Assembly: GCA_946623145.1 (NCBI GenBank)
Contig: CAMOQT010000001.1
Location: 1-45,963 of the forward strand
Source of the DNA: an uncultured Azospirillum sp.
Lineage (GTDB): Bacteria > Pseudomonadota > Alphaproteobacteria > RF32 > CAG-239
Length of the DNA stretch: 45,963 nucleotides
Reading direction: 5' to 3'
Positions 42,473-45,963 of the stretch are shown piece by piece. The notes beneath the pieces were generated by a model. It made no database searches, was not told the origin of the DNA, and saw nothing but the letters and a program-made list of their open reading frames with translations. A program made the position numbers and the translations under genes. Numbering within the stretch: position 1 is the first letter of the stretch; each line of letters starts with the position of its first letter.

Positions 42473-43252
42473 CTAATAAAGTATCTGATCTTTACCTTTA
42501 CGGGTTACGATGACTTTTTGATACATTCCGCCTAGGAAGCTTTGTTTTTTCCAGTTAAAATCAAGATCTCTATCTGCATAACTGGCTATTTCTCTATCCC
42601 ATAATTTTTCCGCAAAAGGCTGATACAACCGATTAAACATTCTTACAACATATGCCAACGGATGTAATGCATTAGGTCTACCGTAATCAACAAAAATAAC
42701 TTTTCCGTTTTCTTCTATACTGTTTAAGGCATTGTTTACAACATTTATTTTGCTGGCAATAGGCAACTCGTGTAAAAGCATATAACAAATGATTGTATCA
42801 TATTTTTCAGGCAAAGGATCTTCAGCATCATAATGATAAAATTTCACCTGTGGGTAGCTATCTCCTAAAGCTTCCGACGCATAAGTCAATTGAGCCCCAT
42901 TAATATCTATGACATCAAATCTCCCTTTTAATCCGACCTGATCAGCAACGGCTTCTAACTCATCGCCAAAACTGACGCCCATTTGCAGAACTTTAGACCG
43001 AGGATAAATCTCTTCAATAAATGAATTTATAATTCTTTCTCTCGTAAACAAACTCAAAATATTATTAACTAACTTAGAGCTGAAAAAACGGAACCATTTT
43101 TCTTCTTTATATAAATTCGGATATATCGCCGTATGATAAATAGGTTGAGGAAAATCTTTTGATTTTATCAACCTTTTATCTTGGTAATCATTGACCATTT
43201 GCTCTTGTATTTTTTCTTGCTCTGCTTCTACTTCACTAATTAATTTTATCAT
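42473..43252 (-). CDS. Class I methyltransferase-fold protein, RquA-like (candidate rhodoquinone biosynthesis enzyme)
   Basis: The atypical motif I is VLQMGVSFGD, with Q where canonical SAM methyltransferases have D/E and no GxGxG. Also present are DVIDING, ICYMLLHELP, GKVIFVDYGRPNALHPL, PFAEKLWDREI and the C-terminal GGMYQKVIV. These match my recollection of Rhodospirillum RquA and not UbiE/UbiG. Confidence 0.45.
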   Translation of the reverse strand: MIKLISEVEAEQEKIQEQMVNDYQDKRLIKSKDFPQPIYHTAIYPNLYKEEKWFRFFSSKLVNNILSLFTRERIINSFIEEIYPRSKVLQMGVSFGDELEAVADQVGLKGRFDVIDINGAQLTYASEALGDSYPQVKFYHYDAEDPLPEKYDTIICYMLLHELPIASKINVVNNALNSIEENGKVIFVDYGRPNALHPLAYVVRMFNRLYQPFAEKLWDREIASYADRDLDFNWKKQSFLGGMYQKVIVTRKGKDQILY

Positions 43253-43259
43253 TTTTCAC

Positions 43260-43937
43260 CTACTTATGTTCATTCGGATTTGAAATTAAGCCTAATTTTG
43301 CAGCTTCAATAACAGCTGCCGTGCGATTATAAACGCCTAAAATTTTGAGGATTGCTGTTATATGCAATTTTACTGTTCCTTCGGTTAAACCAAGTTCATA
43401 AGCTATTTGTTTATTGGATTTTCCTAGGGATACGCACTCTAAAACCGCTTTCTGCCTTGGCGTTAAATGCTTGTCAGATGTTTTACTTGTTGTCGTTGCT
43501 TCTAACAAGCCTTTTAATAATTTATCATTTTCTAATTGTTGGGTATGGAGAAAATCTGTCGGAAGATAGACACCCCCTGAAAGAACCAAATCCAAAGCTT
43601 CTAATATCTCCATATGGGATGATGTCTTTGATAAATAGCCGGAAACTCCTATTTCTATGGTTTTCTGGACTATTTCCTTATCAAAGATAGCTGATAGAAT
43701 AATAATTGGCGTTTCCGGCACTTTTTCGTGTATTTTTTGAATTGCATTACTCCAAACATCACCCGGCATTGCCAAATCTGTTAAAATAACATCAAAATCA
43801 TTCTCTTTTGAAATTCTATCAAAAACTTCATTATAATTATGAGCCAGCACAATCTGTGCCTTAGAAAATTTTCCTATTAGGATTAACTCTAATCCTTTCA
43901 GAAACAATTCATGATCATCTGCTACTAAAAACTTCAT
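43260..43937 (-). CDS. FixJ/NarL-family response regulator (REC + LuxR-type HTH)
   Basis: The receiver residues are VADDH, ILTDLAMPG, ILSA and YLSK. The C-terminal part is LTPRQKAVLECVSLGKSNKQIAYELGLTEGTVKLHITAILKILGV. I prefer the ATG at 43937, which overlaps the rsmE stop as ATGA. No histidine kinase gene is adjacent. Confidence 0.85.
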   Translation of the reverse strand: MKFLVADDHELFLKGLELILIGKFSKAQIVLAHNYNEVFDRISKENDFDVILTDLAMPGDVWSNAIQKIHEKVPETPIIILSAIFDKEIVQKTIEIGVSGYLSKTSSHMEILEALDLVLSGGVYLPTDFLHTQQLENDKLLKGLLEATTTSKTSDKHLTPRQKAVLECVSLGKSNKQIAYELGLTEGTVKLHITAILKILGVYNRTAAVIEAAKLGLISNPNEHK

Positions 43938-44656
43938 TGCCAATCTCCGCTCATTGCCTGCCAACAAGATAAAGCTGCAACAACTGCTGTCTCTGCTCTT
44001 AAAATACGATTTCCCAAACTTACGGCTTTAGAAAAAGGCAGGTTTTTCAAGAATATAAATTCTTTTTCTGAAAATCCACCTTCCGGTCCAACTAATATTG
44101 CGCATGGAGCCGATGCTTTTAGAAATATTTCTTTTACAGATTGTCCGCTTAAACTTTCATCCATATAATAAAGAGTTCTTTTTTTATCCCAATTGTTTAA
44201 TAGTCCTTCTAATTTAACAATATCTTCAATTTCAGGAAGATCCGTTCTCCGACATTGTTCTGCAGCCTCAATAGATTGAGCTGAAAAGCGTTCTTTTTTT
44301 ACCCGTTCCGTTATTGTGTATTTAGTTAACACCGGAATTATTTTACGAACCCCTAGTTCCGTTGCTTTTTGAATAATAAAATCTGTATTATCTTTTTTTA
44401 CCGGAGCAAACAAAAGCCAAATATCCGGACATTGCATATATTCTTTCTCTCTGTTTTTGACTTCTAAAACGGCCTGTTTTTTACTGATTTCAAGAAGTTC
44501 ACAGCTATATTCTCCGCTTTGATTATCAAAGCAGTTCAAAATTTCCCCTTTCTTGAGCTTCATTACATTTAACAAATAGTGACTTTGTTGCGCCTCTAAA
44601 ACCACTTTTTGATTAACTGTTAAAGCCTGAGAAATATATAGCCTGATTTTTCCCAT
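43934..44656 (-). CDS. rsmE: 16S rRNA (uracil1498-N3)-methyltransferase RsmE
   Basis: The N-terminal PUA-like part is RLYISQAL...QSHYLLNVMKLKKGEIL. The C-terminal SPOUT motifs are ILVGPEGGFSEKE and LGNRILRAETA. Confidence 0.85.
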   Translation of the reverse strand: MGKIRLYISQALTVNQKVVLEAQQSHYLLNVMKLKKGEILNCFDNQSGEYSCELLEISKKQAVLEVKNREKEYMQCPDIWLLFAPVKKDNTDFIIQKATELGVRKIIPVLTKYTITERVKKERFSAQSIEAAEQCRRTDLPEIEDIVKLEGLLNNWDKKRTLYYMDESLSGQSVKEIFLKASAPCAILVGPEGGFSEKEFIFLKNLPFSKAVSLGNRILRAETAVVAALSCWQAMSGDWQ

Positions 44657-44751
44657 TTAAAAACTCTGTATAACTCTAAAAATATAGTCTTATTTTAGAT
44701 GATATGTGTTAAATTTTACTAAACAGAGTTTGACTTATTAGAGGATATATT

Positions 44752-45417
44752 ATGATTATAACTATCGACGGACCAGCAGCTGCCGGCAAAGGGACTTTAG
44801 CCAGCGTTTTAGCTCAAGCATATAAACTCGCTTATTTTGATACAGGTATGGTTTATCGTGCCGTCGGGTTAGATATGTATCTCCACGACGAAGATCCTCA
44901 GGACGAAAAAACCGCTGAAAAATATGCTCAGAATTTGACTTTTACTCATATGCATGAATTAGCAAAGAATCCTGATTTTCGTTCAGCCATCGGGGGAAAC
45001 TATGCCTCTATTGTTTCTGCTCATCCTAAAGTTCGGGCAGCTTTACTAAAAATGCAACAAGATTTTTCGAAAAATCCTGTTTTTGCTGACGGAACACCGG
45101 CTGAGGGTGCTATTTATGACGGACGTGATACGGGCACAGTGGTTTGTCCGCACGCAGATATAAAATTCTTTATTACTGCTTCTACGGAAGTCCGTGCTAT
45201 GCGTCGTTTTAAGGAATTTCAAAGCAAAGGTATTCAAACTGATTTTGAAACGGTTTTAGCAGACATGAAATCTCGTGATGAGCGTGATTCTTCACGTGCT
45301 ACAGCGCCAATGAAACCAGCTGAGGACGCTATTGTTTTCGATACTTCTGAAATGTCTATTGAAGATGTTTTTAATTTTTGCTTAAAAATAATTGATAAAA
45401 AACTCAAAAATTCTTAA
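44752..45417 (+). CDS. cmk: Cytidylate kinase
   Basis: IITIDGPAAAGKGTLASVLA...YFDTGMVYRAV...YDGRDTGTVVCP. A GAGG RBS is present. It lies upstream of rpsA, as in many bacteria. Confidence 0.9.
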   Translation: MIITIDGPAAAGKGTLASVLAQAYKLAYFDTGMVYRAVGLDMYLHDEDPQDEKTAEKYAQNLTFTHMHELAKNPDFRSAIGGNYASIVSAHPKVRAALLKMQQDFSKNPVFADGTPAEGAIYDGRDTGTVVCPHADIKFFITASTEVRAMRRFKEFQSKGIQTDFETVLADMKSRDERDSSRATAPMKPAEDAIVFDTSEMSIEDVFNFCLKIIDKKLKNS

Positions 45418-45568
45418 AAAACTCTTGAAAAATAAAATGTTGGCTGTATAAATAGCGTGTCTGAGGTATTGGGGCGCGACATCTCAGATATTAACCTCGC
45501 GCAAGTCCATCCGTTTTTTTTCGCTTTTATAAAAGCATGGATCGGCATTTTTTGAAATATATTTATTT

Positions 45569-45963
45569 ATGACAAACGCAGAATTTAAAATTCCTGAAAC
45601 AACTGAAAACTTTGCTGAATTGTTAAATGAACAATTTGGTGAAAATTCCTTAACAGGTTCTGTTGTTAAAGGTACTGTTATTCGTTTAACTCCTGATTTC
45701 GCTATGGTTGATGTCGGGTTAAAATCTGAAGGCCGTATTCCTCTTCGTGAATTTGGTCAAAATCCTGAACTCAATGTCGGCGATAAAATCGAAGTTTACG
45801 TTGACAGATATGAAGATAAAGACGGACAAATCGTTTTATCTCGTGAAAAAGCACGCCGTGAAGAAGTATGGCAAGATCTTGAAAAATGCCTCAATTCCGG
45901 CGAACGCGTCAATGGTATTATTTTTGGTCGTGTTAAAGGCGGCTTCACCGTTGATTTGAATGG
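45569..45963 (+). CDS. rpsA: 30S ribosomal protein S1, N-terminal part (runs off the right window edge)
   Basis: My translation from ATG 45569 is MTNAEFKIPETTENFAELLNEQFGENSLTGSVVKGTVIRLTPDFAMVDVGLKSEGRIPLREFG...GERVNGIIFGRVKGGFTVDL. This is a typical S1 domain start. It is not in the track because it has no in-window stop. Confidence 0.9.
   Translation, partial: MTNAEFKIPETTENFAELLNEQFGENSLTGSVVKGTVIRLTPDFAMVDVGLKSEGRIPLREFGQNPELNVGDKIEVYVDRYEDKDGQIVLSREKARREEVWQDLEKCLNSGERVNGIIFGRVKGGFTVDLN

Noticed and set aside
45418-45568. Possible structured leader or regulatory RNA between cmk and rpsA (short hairpin TCTGAG...CTCAGA near 45459-45487 and T-runs)
   Set aside because: Only short, weak stems are present. 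I could not recognise a known S1 autoregulatory pseudoknot or any riboswitch core by eye.
1-45963. CRISPR arrays, rRNA genes, insertion sequences
   Set aside because: All tandem repeats I found (51-nt, 21-nt and 18-nt units) are in-frame within coding sequences. No repeat-spacer architecture, rRNA-like sequence or terminal-inverted-repeat/transposase unit was seen.

Overview
AT-rich bacterial chromosomal window. The gene content (DUF1058-type SH3 protein, ELM1-like protein, ffs-dnaX-ybaB-recR, rsmI/lpoA-like/yraN, cmk-rpsA) and an rvh-like VirB gene order suggest, by inference only, a Rickettsiales/Holosporales-like alphaproteobacterium. Positions 1-27395 form one uninterrupted minus-strand array of 19 tightly packed or overlapping genes. 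It joins two modules. (i) A type IVb pilus biogenesis module in IncI1 order: OmpA-like anchor, TcpQ/PilL-like lipoprotein, lipoprotein secretin PilN, PilO, PilP, GspE-type ATPase PilQ, GspF-type platform PilR and pilin-like PilS. (ii) A VirB-type T4SS module: VirB3, VirB4, four signal-peptide-bearing coiled-coil proteins of 232-1560 aa where VirB5/VirB6 normally sit, VirB8, a VirB7-like lipoprotein, a second VirB8, VirB9 fused to a SPOR-like domain, and a membrane-anchored 17-aa-repeat protein at the VirB10 position that runs off the left edge. This hybrid locus is my main candidate for an undescribed system. No relaxase, coupling protein, integrase, VirB2, VirB6, VirB11 or prepilin peptidase is visible in the window; VirB11/VirD4 could lie beyond the left edge. 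Positions 27493-45963 are mostly housekeeping genes. Secondary observations there: tRNA-Arg(CCU) whose 3' end plus terminator is duplicated 245 bp away; an SRP RNA upstream of dnaX; an A9 slippery run in dnaX with immediate stops in both alternative frames; an RquA-like methyltransferase coupled to a FixJ/NarL-type response regulator; a 54-aa ORF missed by the track. All family assignments are by-eye motif recognition and need HMM or BLAST confirmation.
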